Part shown: positions 28,958 through 39,040 of the stretch, piece by piece
Layout: each line of letters begins with the position of its first letter
Numbering within the stretch: the stretch's first letter is position 1
Source of the DNA: Candidatus Kapaibacterium sp.
GTDB taxonomy: Bacteria; Bacteroidota; Ignavibacteria; Kapaibacteriales; UBA2268
Length of the DNA: 64,000 nt
Direction of reading: 5' to 3'
Assembly: GCA_963664875.1 (NCBI GenBank)
Contig: OY761611.1
Coordinates: forward strand, 2,752,001 to 2,816,000
The notes under the pieces: generated by a model
The model's input: the letters and a program-made list of their open reading frames with translations, nothing else
Told to the model about the DNA's origin: nothing
Databases searched by the model: none
Translations under genes and position numbers: made by a program

Positions 28958-28991
28958 AGAAGCACTTTCTATTTCAGGAAGTGCTTTTTTT
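28958..28991 (+). terminator. Intrinsic terminator
   Basis: AAGCACTTTCT...AGGAAGTGCTT followed by a T run. Confidence 0.7.
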
Positions 28992-29249
28992 AAACCTAAA
29001 CAGCTATATATGCATCTAATAAATTATTAGTGCTGTTGTTTAGGAGTTGTAATTGAAAAAATGACTAATCTGATTCAATATTCAGGTTTGCTCGATTTCA
29101 TGATAGGGAAGATTGACACTGTATAAATCTATACACTAACATTATGAAGCAAATTCAGAAATTACGAATTGTAATGATATTTCAATAACAACTGCTTTCG
29201 ATAGTCTTATACATATCTTACATTTACTCAATTACTATGGCTTTAGCTT

Positions 29250-30518
29250 ATGAATTATGTTTTTAGATGGGTTTGGTGTATTTTAATAATAATATTGCTA
29301 TATAGTAATATTGTTTATGCAGGAGGAGGTAAGCCAATCGGCGACATTCTTCCTGTAGGTAAGGCTTTGGAAATAGCTTTCGAAAAAAATAGAGATTTGA
29401 AGGCTTTAGAGGCTAAGATTAAATCTGCTGAGGCTTCATCTTTTGAGTATTTCCCTCTGTCTTCACCCTCAATCAGCATTATGGAAGAAGGTATTGAAGC
29501 AGGCAATTTTACCGAAAAGCAGATACGACTCAGTCAATCAATTGCTTCTCCTTTAACATGGATATACGGCAATATTTCTGTCTCAGAAAAAGTAGAAGCT
29601 GAAAAGCTCGCGTATGAGAATCTTAAGATTGCAATTAAGTCTAAAGTAAAAGAGGCTTATGCAGGTTTGTCATTCAATCTAAAATTGATTGATTTACGAA
29701 CTCGCCAAACTGCATTAGCAGATTCTTTGAGGCAGGTAGTTAACTATCGCGAAGAAGCCGGTGTTGCTACAGAACTCGAAGTGCTAAAATCAGAAATATT
29801 CTATCAGGAAGCTTTAAACGAACTAAATGATGTGAAAAAAGAGTATCATATAAGCCGTTACGCACTTTTCACAATTATTGGGCTCAATCCTGATGAACAA
29901 ACCTATCAAATAAGCTTCCCGGACACATTACAGTTTTTGGATTACGATATTAAACAAGCTGAAGCATTAGCAGCTTTGGACAATCATCCTGCAATTATGT
30001 CGCAACATCATATGTACCGCTCAGATATGGAAAAAGCCAATGCAGTAAGAGGCAAGTTGTTTCCCGAGTTTAATCTCAGTTGGTACAAACAGGATTTTGG
30101 CACAGGATATAATCAATACGGTTATGAAATTGGTATTTCAATACCACTATGGTATCCATTTACAGAAGCACGAGAAAACGAAGTGTATGAAATGAATGCT
30201 GAGCAGACCAAAAACAGCATGGAACAAACAGTACTAGAATTTAAAAAAAATATAGAATTTGCTTGGCACGGTTATCACGAAAGTCGGCAGAAAATAGAGC
30301 GATACGACAAACTCATACGAGAAAAATCGGAACTATTGCTTTCTCTCACTTTAGAGGCATACAAAGAAGGACAGATTAGCTTATTGGAACTGTTGGATTC
30401 TGAAAAGATGTATCTCTCAAACGAGATTAAATACTATAACGAACTTAGAGATTACTATTTGCATATCATAGAACTTGAAAAATATCTCGGTAAAGACCTT
30501 GTTTTTACCTCTAAATAG
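29250..30518 (+). CDS. czcC: TolC/CzcC-family outer membrane efflux protein
   Basis: Two OEP-type repeats, Y..G.ISLLELLD; first gene of the RND operon. Confidence 0.75.
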   Translation: MNYVFRWVWCILIIILLYSNIVYAGGGKPIGDILPVGKALEIAFEKNRDLKALEAKIKSAEASSFEYFPLSSPSISIMEEGIEAGNFTEKQIRLSQSIASPLTWIYGNISVSEKVEAEKLAYENLKIAIKSKVKEAYAGLSFNLKLIDLRTRQTALADSLRQVVNYREEAGVATELEVLKSEIFYQEALNELNDVKKEYHISRYALFTIIGLNPDEQTYQISFPDTLQFLDYDIKQAEALAALDNHPAIMSQHHMYRSDMEKANAVRGKLFPEFNLSWYKQDFGTGYNQYGYEIGISIPLWYPFTEARENEVYEMNAEQTKNSMEQTVLEFKKNIEFAWHGYHESRQKIERYDKLIREKSELLLSLTLEAYKEGQISLLELLDSEKMYLSNEIKYYNELRDYYLHIIELEKYLGKDLVFTSK

Positions 30519-30528
30519 GAGTTAGCTA

Positions 30529-31686
30529 ATGAAGAAGATTTTGATTTTCACTCTGTTGATTGTCTTTGCTGCCTGTAGCGATAAGGAAGTAAAAGAAACA
30601 GTACAAACAGAAGATCCTGCACCTAAACCGGAAATATCTATCATTAAATTAGATGCAAAACAGGTTGCTGAAATTACTATTAATGTTGCGGCTGCTGAGA
30701 AAGGCACAGCTGAAATGAACATAATTGCTCCGGGGCAGGTATATCCTTCTCCTGATAAGATAGCTGTGGTAGCGGCTCCTCTTAGTGGAAGAGTCAAGAA
30801 GATTTATGTACATGAAGGTGATCAAATAGCAAAAGGCAATCCTCTTGTTGAAATTGAGAGTTTGGAATATGCTAATATGATAGCTGAGTATTTGCAATAC
30901 CGTGCCGAGCTCGACTATTCTCAAAGTCAGGTTGATAGATTAGAGCAGCTCTCAAGTAAGAAAATTAGCTCAAAAAGTGAATTTGAAAAAGCAAAAGCAG
31001 ATCTTGGCAGATTAAAAGCGCTATTAAGTGCTGCTAAGTCAAGACTTCTTGCTGTAGGTGTAAGCCAATCACAAATTGATAAATGGCTAAACGGCGACGC
31101 TCCTGAACCTGTAATTACAGTTAACTCTCCAATTAGTGGCTTTTTGAATGAACACCTTATTGATATGGGACAGGCAGTAGAAACTTACGAAAAACTGCTA
31201 ACTGTAATCAGCACAGACGAAGTAATGATAAAAGGTTACCTCTCTCCAAATGAGGGGAATGGTGTTTTTGTAGGCGATTCTGTTTCTATCATAAACAGAA
31301 AATACAAAGAGGGAGGCGGGTTAGCTTCTGTTGTCAAATCTATAAATCCTGCTCTGGATAACGAAAAGAAATCAATCATTGCAAACATTATAGTAAAAAC
31401 AAACGGCGGTTGCCCGATGCCCGGTCAGGCAGTGACTCTTAGCTTCCAATCAAGGACTCAAAGCGAAGTAATTACGATTCCGGCAGAAGCTATTATCTAT
31501 GATGGTAAAAATGCTGCAGTTTTTGTGCAGAAATCAGACTCTGAGTACGAAAAGAGATATATCGAAGTGCTTCGTTCAGACGATTCAAAAGCGATTGTAA
31601 CGGGTGTGAAAGAAGGTGAGAAAGTAGCAATCAATGAGCTCTTTACTCTGAAAGCTTTAAGTAGATACGAACAGTTTGCAGAGTAA
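30529..31686 (+). CDS. czcB: RND periplasmic adaptor (CzcB/CusB family), lipoprotein
   Basis: Lipobox FAAC; G.V....V..GD....G..L hybrid motif; SPISG. Confidence 0.8.
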   Translation: MKKILIFTLLIVFAACSDKEVKETVQTEDPAPKPEISIIKLDAKQVAEITINVAAAEKGTAEMNIIAPGQVYPSPDKIAVVAAPLSGRVKKIYVHEGDQIAKGNPLVEIESLEYANMIAEYLQYRAELDYSQSQVDRLEQLSSKKISSKSEFEKAKADLGRLKALLSAAKSRLLAVGVSQSQIDKWLNGDAPEPVITVNSPISGFLNEHLIDMGQAVETYEKLLTVISTDEVMIKGYLSPNEGNGVFVGDSVSIINRKYKEGGGLASVVKSINPALDNEKKSIIANIIVKTNGGCPMPGQAVTLSFQSRTQSEVITIPAEAIIYDGKNAAVFVQKSDSEYEKRYIEVLRSDDSKAIVTGVKEGEKVAINELFTLKALSRYEQFAE

Positions 31687-31701
31687 TAGGGGGATAGAAA
31701 A

Positions 31702-34700
31702 TTGATCTTAGATAAATTAGTAGATTTTAGTTTCAGGCAAAAGGCTGTTGCTCTTTCATTAGTAATTCTGATGGGTATCGGCGGTTTCTTTGCTTTTGAA
31801 GAAATTCCTTTAAACTCTTTGCCGGATGTAACTCCTGTGCAGGTGCTTGTTATAACTAAAGCAGGTAGATACTCTCCTTACGATGTAGAAAAACTCGTCA
31901 GCTATCCGATTGAAAACGCAATGAACGGGCTTCCGGAAGTAAAAGAGGTTCGCTCAGTTTCTCAATTCGGTTTGTCAGCTGTTACAGTAGAGTTTGAAGA
32001 AGATACAGATATATATTTTGCAAGGCAGATGGTAAGCCAGCGTTTGCAGTCTATTGTTGAAGAGCTGCCTTCGGGTGTGTCTTCACCGCAGTTAGGGCCG
32101 ATTTCGACGGCACTTGGTGAGATCTATCAATATGTAGTCAGAGGTAACGGACATTCTCTTACTGAGCTTAGAACAATTCAGGACTGGATGATTGCTCCAC
32201 AGCTGAAAACTATCAAAGGTGTTACTGAGATAACAGCTTTTGGTGGCTTTGTTAAGCAGTATGATGTAACTATCATGCCCGGCAGGATGAAAAACCTTGA
32301 TATATCATTAGAGGAGATTCTTGCCGCAATCGAATCTAACAATAGCGTTTCGGGTGGTAATTATTTAGAGCATAACCGCGAGCAGTACATTATTCGTGGT
32401 TTTGGACAGATTACAGGTGTAAATGATATTCAAGATATTATTATTAAAAATCTTGACGGCAGACCTATATATGTAGGCGATGTAGCTGAAGTAAATATTG
32501 GCAAACAACTCCGCCAAGGGGCTGTTACTCAAGACGGTAAAGGCGAAATTGTTACCGGTATCGTAATGATGCTTAGAGGCGGAAACAGTAAAAATGTTAT
32601 CACAAGTATTGTAGATAAGATTGAAACAATCAACGCCGGACTTCCTAATGGCGTAAAAATTGAAAAATACTATGACCAGTCTGACTTAATCAAAAGAACA
32701 ACTGACACTTTAAAGACTAACCTTCTCGAAGGTGGTTTCTTTGTAATGGTGGTTCTTTTGTTGATGCTTGGAGAGATTAAGGGTGCAATCATCGTTGCAA
32801 CAGTAATTCCTTTTTCTATGCTTTTTGCATTTATCGGAATGAAAGAATTCGGACTTGCTGCAAACCTTATGAGTCTTGGTGCAATTGACTTTGGTATGGT
32901 GGTCGATGGCTCGGTCGTTATGGTTGAAAACATAATCCACAAGCTGCAACACAGCAAAGATGAGAGTAAGTTTGAAATTATGCTGAAGGCTGCTAAAGAA
33001 GTTTCCAGACCAATCTTCTTCGGTGTGATGATTATCTTGATGGTATATGTGCCTATCATGACTTTTAGCGGTATGGAGGGTATCTTATTCCGTCCCATGG
33101 CGATTACTGTAATGACAGCAGTATTTGGTTCTCTAATACTCGCTTTGGTTTATGTGCCTGCACTATCCGCTATTTTCTTCAGAAAAGGCATTAAGCTTAG
33201 AAAAAATATAGTGATGGATAAACTTAAACCTCTTTACGAGAAGTTCCTTTCTAAGATAATTTATAAACGTGGCTTGGTGCTTGGTGTGGCACTAACTGTT
33301 CTTGCCCTTTCACTTTTACTGATTCCGTATCTTGGTACAGAGTTTCTACCGGAATTAGATGAAGGTTCGATACTTATCGAACAGGTGAGAATGCCTTCTG
33401 TTACATTAGATGAATCTGTTCGCAATGCTAATAAGATAGCAGACAGCATCAAAAGATATATCCCTGAAGTGCAGACTGTTGTACCAAAAACAGGACGCTC
33501 CGATTTAGCAAATGACTGGATGGGCGTGCATCAAACAGATGTTTGGGTACTTTTGAAAAATATGGATGAATGGCGTCCGGGTATTACAAAAGAAGACCTC
33601 GTTGAAGAGATGAAACCATTTCTTAGCCACGAACCTGGTCTTGCTTACAACTTTACTCAACCTATCGCCATGAGAGTAGATGAGCTTACTTCAGGTGTTA
33701 AGTCAGATGTTGCTGTTAAAATTTACGGCGAAGACTTAGAGGAGCTAAATCAAATCGGTGCGGATATACTCTCTGTTGCCCAAAAGCTGCAAGGCACAGA
33801 TAACTCTTATCTTGAGCAACCTATTGGGCAGCCATATCTGAATATAAAAATTGACAGAAACGCCGTAGCAAAATACGGTATAAACGTAGATGATGTGCAG
33901 AGGGTAATCGAGCTTGGCATCGGTGGTTACACAGGTGGGCAGGTATTCGAAGGGCAGAAGAGATTTGACATTGTACTTCGTTTTCCTGAGCATATAAGAG
34001 ATAAGTTTGAGAAAATTAAAAACGCTCCTGTAGCATTGCCTACCGGTGGGTTTATTGCATTGAAAGATGTAGCAGATGTTATTCCTGAAGAAGGTCCACG
34101 AGAAATCGTCAGGGAAAATGGTTGGCGCAGAGTAGTAGTGAGTATTAATCTTAAAGATATTGATATAGGTACTTACGTAGCAAATCTACAAAAAGCAGTA
34201 AAAGCTGATTTAGATATACCTGCCGGCTATTTTCTTGAGTACGGTGGTGCTTTCGAAAATCAGCAACGTGCTATGAATCACTTACTTATAGTAGTGCCCT
34301 TGTCATTATTTATAATACTCGGTTTGCTGTATCTGATGTTCGGAAATTTGAGGTACTCATTCCTTATTTTCTTAAATCTTCCATTTGCATTATCGGGTGG
34401 TATATTTATGCTCTATATCAGAGGGCTATATCTCTCAGTTTCAGCAAGTATAGGTTTTGTAGCTTTGTTTGGTGTGGCGGTGCTAAATGGTATTGTGCTT
34501 GTAGAGCACATCAATGTGCTTCGTAAAAAAGGGCAGTCAGTTCGCGATGCAGTAATACACGGGGCAGCAGACAGGCTTCGCCCTGTGCTGATGACAGCTA
34601 TGGTAGCAGGCTTTGGTTTTATTCCTATGGCATTTAATACCGGGCCGGGTTCGGAAGTGCAGCGTCCGCTAGCATCTGTAGTAATTGGTGGGTTGATTAC

Positions 34701-34785
34701 TGCGACGCTTCTTACTTTACTTGTGCTGCCAACTATTTACGAGTGGTTGGAAGATAGAGAGAAGAGAAAAGCTAACACTGATTGA
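31702..34785 (+). CDS. czcA: Heavy-metal efflux RND permease (CzcA/CusA family)
   Basis: PDVTPVQV, NLMSLGAIDFGMVVDG..VMVEN, RLRPVLMTA, GSEVQRPLA. Confidence 0.93.
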   Translation: MILDKLVDFSFRQKAVALSLVILMGIGGFFAFEEIPLNSLPDVTPVQVLVITKAGRYSPYDVEKLVSYPIENAMNGLPEVKEVRSVSQFGLSAVTVEFEEDTDIYFARQMVSQRLQSIVEELPSGVSSPQLGPISTALGEIYQYVVRGNGHSLTELRTIQDWMIAPQLKTIKGVTEITAFGGFVKQYDVTIMPGRMKNLDISLEEILAAIESNNSVSGGNYLEHNREQYIIRGFGQITGVNDIQDIIIKNLDGRPIYVGDVAEVNIGKQLRQGAVTQDGKGEIVTGIVMMLRGGNSKNVITSIVDKIETINAGLPNGVKIEKYYDQSDLIKRTTDTLKTNLLEGGFFVMVVLLLMLGEIKGAIIVATVIPFSMLFAFIGMKEFGLAANLMSLGAIDFGMVVDGSVVMVENIIHKLQHSKDESKFEIMLKAAKEVSRPIFFGVMIILMVYVPIMTFSGMEGILFRPMAITVMTAVFGSLILALVYVPALSAIFFRKGIKLRKNIVMDKLKPLYEKFLSKIIYKRGLVLGVALTVLALSLLLIPYLGTEFLPELDEGSILIEQVRMPSVTLDESVRNANKIADSIKRYIPEVQTVVPKTGRSDLANDWMGVHQTDVWVLLKNMDEWRPGITKEDLVEEMKPFLSHEPGLAYNFTQPIAMRVDELTSGVKSDVAVKIYGEDLEELNQIGADILSVAQKLQGTDNSYLEQPIGQPYLNIKIDRNAVAKYGINVDDVQRVIELGIGGYTGGQVFEGQKRFDIVLRFPEHIRDKFEKIKNAPVALPTGGFIALKDVADVIPEEGPREIVRENGWRRVVVSINLKDIDIGTYVANLQKAVKADLDIPAGYFLEYGGAFENQQRAMNHLLIVVPLSLFIILGLLYLMFGNLRYSFLIFLNLPFALSGGIFMLYIRGLYLSVSASIGFVALFGVAVLNGIVLVEHINVLRKKGQSVRDAVIHGAADRLRPVLMTAMVAGFGFIPMAFNTGPGSEVQRPLASVVIGGLITATLLTLLVLPTIYEWLEDREKRKANTD

Positions 34786-34811
34786 CATATTCCCAAATAG
34801 CAAAAGACAAC

Positions 34812-34845
34812 AAAACGATACATTTTTAAAGGAATGTATCGTTTT
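34812..34845 (+). terminator. Hairpin after the RND operon
   Basis: AAAACGATACATT-8nt-AATGTATCGTTTT perfect 13-bp inverted repeat. Confidence 0.55.
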
Positions 34846-34989
34846 ACATATAGAGCAAAAATTCAAGAGATGGGCTTTGATTACTGATAATTATGTTAAG
34901 CATGTTTTTCTCTATTTATAGCTTTTTTTGTATTTTACCGGTTATAGATTTGCAAAATAAAAAATTGAGAAAATTAAGGATAAATCGAA

Positions 34990-36453
34990 ATGGATGTAAG
35001 AGTTAGATTCGCACCTTCCCCTACCGGGTATCTGCACGTGGGTGGCTTGAGAACTGCATTGTATAACTACCTTTTTGCAAGAAAACATGGTGGTAAATGT
35101 ATTTTGCGTATTGAAGATACTGACAGAACACGATTTGTAGAAAATGCAACCGAAAATTTGATTGAAAATTTGAGATGGGCTGGTATCGAGTTTGACGAAA
35201 GTTTAGAAAAAGGTGGTGAGTTCGGGCCTTATGTCCAGTCAGAACGTTTCGATTTATATACAAAATACGGTTTGGAATTATTAGAAAAAGGCTTGGCATA
35301 CTATGCTTTCGATACTTCTGAAGAATTGGAAGCTATGCGACAAAGATTGCAGGAAGAAGGCGGATCTTTCAAATATGACAGAAACAAAATGAGAAATTCC
35401 ATTACCTTGGGTAATGAAGAAACTAAAAGACTTCTCGACTCAGGAGAAAAATACGTTATTAGAATGAAAGTGCCTGAAGATGGAGAAGTTAAATTCAATG
35501 ATATAATTCGTGGTGAAGTAACTGTTCCCTGCAAAGATGTAGATGACCAAATACTTCTAAAGTCCGACGGATTTCCGACTTATCACTTGGCAAATGTTGT
35601 AGATGACCATTTTATGCAGATTTCGCATGTGATTAGAGGCGAAGAGTGGCTTCCTTCGACACCAAAGCACGTCTTACTCTATCAATTTTTTGGTTGGGAT
35701 ACTCCTGATTTCGCTCATTTACCATTGTTGCTCAATGATAAAAAAGCAAAACTCAGCAAACGCCATGGAGATGTTGCTGTCGAAGATTTTAGAGCGAAAG
35801 GCTATTTAAAAGATGCATTTGTCAATTTTATAGCTCTATTAGGATGGAATCCGACAGGAGATAGAGAAATATATTCTATGGAAGAACTTATAGATTTATT
35901 TGATTTGTCAAAAGTTAACAAAGCGGGTGCAGTATTTGATTTGAAAAAGCTTGCATGGATGAATCAACAATATCTCAAAGAGCTAAGCACTGCTGAAGCT
36001 GTTCCTGTCTTGAAAGTAGAACTCGAGAAAGCAGGAGTTGCAAATTTAAGAGATGAATACATTGGCAAAATATTTGAATTATTCAAAGAAAGAGTAACTT
36101 TCATAGGTGAAATTCCGGAAATGACTAACTATCTTTATGCTGCTCCTTCAGAGTTTGAAGAAGCATATATGGCTAAACGTTGGAAAGCTGATACAGCAGA
36201 TTTAGTTAGACCGCTTATCGAAAAACTTTCTACACTTTCTGAATTTACTCATGACAGCACTCATGACTGCACCAAAGCTTTTTGCGAAGAAGCAGGTATA
36301 AAAATGGGTGAATTGATGCATCCACTCAGACTTATGCTTACAGGCAAATCAGCCGGCGCCGGAATGTTTGACACTATGGCTCTTATCGGCAAAGAAGAAT
36401 GTTTGAACAGATTCAGCTCCTTCCTTGCACGAAAAGAAGCGGGTGAATTGTAG
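34990..36453 (+). CDS. gltX: Glutamate--tRNA ligase
   Basis: RFAPSPTGYLHVGG, RIEDTD, KLSKR. Confidence 0.96.
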   Translation: MDVRVRFAPSPTGYLHVGGLRTALYNYLFARKHGGKCILRIEDTDRTRFVENATENLIENLRWAGIEFDESLEKGGEFGPYVQSERFDLYTKYGLELLEKGLAYYAFDTSEELEAMRQRLQEEGGSFKYDRNKMRNSITLGNEETKRLLDSGEKYVIRMKVPEDGEVKFNDIIRGEVTVPCKDVDDQILLKSDGFPTYHLANVVDDHFMQISHVIRGEEWLPSTPKHVLLYQFFGWDTPDFAHLPLLLNDKKAKLSKRHGDVAVEDFRAKGYLKDAFVNFIALLGWNPTGDREIYSMEELIDLFDLSKVNKAGAVFDLKKLAWMNQQYLKELSTAEAVPVLKVELEKAGVANLRDEYIGKIFELFKERVTFIGEIPEMTNYLYAAPSEFEEAYMAKRWKADTADLVRPLIEKLSTLSEFTHDSTHDCTKAFCEEAGIKMGELMHPLRLMLTGKSAGAGMFDTMALIGKEECLNRFSSFLARKEAGEL

Positions 36454-36454
36454 T

Positions 36455-36895
36455 ATGAAGTATATGCTTTTTATATTGCTTTCGTTATTTGCTCTGAGTT
36501 GTGCTCAAAAGCCGGTATGCTACAATGAAGCTAATAAGAATCAGATTATCCGATGGGGGAAATATTTTGTTCAGGAGGACAAATTTGATGCTTATGAGCT
36601 AACAAGCAATGCAAATATTAGTCAATTTACTCAGGGAAACAAGAGCGATATCTTTGACCTTGGGCAGGCTGATTTGCATCGCTATTGTAATGTTGTTCGA
36701 TCTGTAAGAGCAAATTTGCTCAAAACTCAAACTTACAGCACGCCCGGCGATACTCTATATTTTATAGAATTTGAGAATCATGATATGGAGCTAAGTATGA
36801 GGTTTTCTTGGAACATTCACCATGTCAACAAAGGCAATAAACTATGCATAGCAGCAATGGACTCACTAAACGCATTGCTCGGTACGATAAAGTAA
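36455..36895 (+). CDS. Hypothetical lipoprotein
   Basis: ATG just after the gltX stop; MKYMLFILLSLFALSC lipobox. Confidence 0.7.
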   Translation: MKYMLFILLSLFALSCAQKPVCYNEANKNQIIRWGKYFVQEDKFDAYELTSNANISQFTQGNKSDIFDLGQADLHRYCNVVRSVRANLLKTQTYSTPGDTLYFIEFENHDMELSMRFSWNIHHVNKGNKLCIAAMDSLNALLGTIK

Positions 36896-37006
36896 AAAAA
36901 TAGCCGGAATATAGAGATTCAAGCCGTTGCTAAATGAAAGTTTTTCTTGGTGACGGCTTTTTTTATATAGTTTAAATAATTGGAAACGATACTGCTAAGT
37001 TTGCGA

Positions 37007-38710
37007 TTATATACAAATCTTACAATACCTGTCGTCAATAAATACAAAATACAATCCATTATGGAGTTTGCTAAAATCGAGCTCAAAAACCATCCCGTCA
37101 AAAATCTCACAACCGGTATAATTGTAGAGTCTAATCCGCTTATTTGGCGAGTCTTTTATATATTTTAATATTTCAGACGTATTTTTGTTCTCTAATATGC
37201 CCGTAGGGAGGTATTCCCCAACTGTTTTGCGTACAGCTGTTTCATATCTGAATTTTGCAGGTATAGTGTATTCTTTGGGTAAGTTTGGACTTCCTATAGC
37301 CGGGAACTCGTCAGGAATATCCCAGAATTTTGGCTTTCCAGTATAAAGAAATGAAGCTGGCAGGCTCTCTAAGTTTGATTCTGTATTGTCTAATTTCCCT
37401 TTGATATTATTGTAGAGGAAATAATGCCCTTCACCTTGAATATTAAATAAGCCATAAGCTAAACCGTTTCCGGTTATTTCGTTTGCAATTAAGTTGAGTG
37501 TATCTGTTTGCGAAGATGTACAGAAAAACCCGTAGAGTTCAGTTCTGTTCCGTAGGAAGGTATTGTATGGTCCGGAAGGTCCCCAATACTCATCAATCCA
37601 AATGTTCTGCACAATATTAGATTCTATAAGATTTGCATAGGAGAAGTGCCCATGTAACTGGATATCTCCGGCAAAATCAGAAATAGGTTCGGAGCGGTGT
37701 GTTTCGAGAGCATAATTGTAGGCTATTGCGTTGCCATTGGCTCCGTGCTTTGTCATCATTGCATGTCGAAGGTGTCTGAAAATATTATTTTCGACTTTGC
37801 AATCTGAAGAATGGTCGTTAAGTGTTACACCATAGCCTCGTGTGCCACTTCCATCGTAAGTAAAAGCATCATGGATATAGCAACCGCTAACTTCAATATT
37901 TTTGCTGCCTGCAATCATGATATGGCTGCCTACTGATTTGTTGCTTTCGATACCTCTGACTGTGCAGTTATACGCTTTCGAGAAGCTAATATTATAGCCT
38001 GCTCCGCTTGCCGGTTCGTCTATTCTTTCAATATTCAAATACTGAATACCTACATTTTTAATGGGAGCTACTTTTCGGATTTCAGGCTTAAGCCCCATAG
38101 AATAGTTAATGTAAACCAACTCATTGGTAAAAACCGTGTCTTTAGAGATTTGCTTTACTGTAAGGTACTGACCTACAGAATATTTAGCCCAGTCAGCAGG
38201 GTTAGAATCCCAGTCTCCATTTTCCTGTCTTAGTTCTATCAAGTCACCTGAAGTTACATCAAGCTGCGAAGAAGTTATCAAAAAAGCATCGTTTCGTTTT
38301 GGAGCGTTCTGTAAAGCAGTATATTGATTAGAGGCACTTCCGCTGATATTTATGCAGGTTTTTGCTTCGTCTCCAAAATCAAATTGCAGAAAAGTAAGAT
38401 TCGAATTATAGCCGCTAATAATTACACCGGATTTTAATCGGATTGGAGATGAAAATAGATACTCACCCGGTTCTAAAATTAACATTACAGGAGTAGATAC
38501 TGTATCTATGAAAGTGTTGAAAATGGCTGAGTTATCTTTTGTGCCATCAGAAACAAAACCTAAATCACCCGAAGAATAAATAATTTCAGGGTAACTGATT
38601 TCTGACAACCTGCCTGCCTTGGTGAAATCTACAAGCCTATCAAATAAGTTCTCTGCTGAGGCAGAAAACATAGTAAGTACAAAAATCAATATATAGATAA
38701 ACTTAGTCAT
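37007..38710 (-). CDS. Secreted right-handed beta-helix (pectin lyase-like) protein with T9SS-like C-terminus
   Basis: G.V.DG..DNS..F, PGEY, Asn-ladder repeats; C-terminal LYNYTG...L.NGLYFV. Confidence 0.75.
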   Translation of the reverse strand: MTKFIYILIFVLTMFSASAENLFDRLVDFTKAGRLSEISYPEIIYSSGDLGFVSDGTKDNSAIFNTFIDTVSTPVMLILEPGEYLFSSPIRLKSGVIISGYNSNLTFLQFDFGDEAKTCINISGSASNQYTALQNAPKRNDAFLITSSQLDVTSGDLIELRQENGDWDSNPADWAKYSVGQYLTVKQISKDTVFTNELVYINYSMGLKPEIRKVAPIKNVGIQYLNIERIDEPASGAGYNISFSKAYNCTVRGIESNKSVGSHIMIAGSKNIEVSGCYIHDAFTYDGSGTRGYGVTLNDHSSDCKVENNIFRHLRHAMMTKHGANGNAIAYNYALETHRSEPISDFAGDIQLHGHFSYANLIESNIVQNIWIDEYWGPSGPYNTFLRNRTELYGFFCTSSQTDTLNLIANEITGNGLAYGLFNIQGEGHYFLYNNIKGKLDNTESNLESLPASFLYTGKPKFWDIPDEFPAIGSPNLPKEYTIPAKFRYETAVRKTVGEYLPTGILENKNTSEILKYIKDSPNKRIRLYNYTGCEIFDGMVFELDFSKLHNGLYFVFIDDRYCKICI

Positions 38711-38776
38711 GTACTCAATATAAACAAAAAGCTGTTTTCAATAAACAGCTTCCCTAAATAATTTTCAAAAGCAGGA

Positions 38777-39040
38777 TTAAGCAGTTGGTCTTTCCCATGG
38801 TTGAGGCGGTTCAGACCACTCGCCTTCTTCTTCGTTTTCTTTTCCATTTACTTTCAGAAATCCTTTGTTGATACTTGCGGATTCCATAGAGCATTGAGTA
38901 TCTGTTACGTTTTTGTATATGCTGTAAGTGCCACTTTCCGTTGCACAAATATTGACATTATAGCTTGTTGCACCATCAACCGAATCCCACGTTACAATGC
39001 CGGTAGCCGGGTCAAAATTGACATTTTGCGGAGCTTCCAT
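38777..39040 (-). CDS. Stand-alone fibronectin type III-like protein (87 aa)
   Basis: APQNV...VTWDSVDGATSYNV...KV......EGEWSEP matches the FN3 pattern; no signal peptide. Confidence 0.7.
   Translation of the reverse strand: MEAPQNVNFDPATGIVTWDSVDGATSYNVNICATESGTYSIYKNVTDTQCSMESASINKGFLKVNGKENEEEGEWSEPPQPWERPTA

Noticed and set aside
29061-29126. 21-codon ORF upstream of the czc operon as a leader peptide
   Set aside because: SD spacing is poor, there are no His/Cys metal-sensing residues and no attenuator structure was seen
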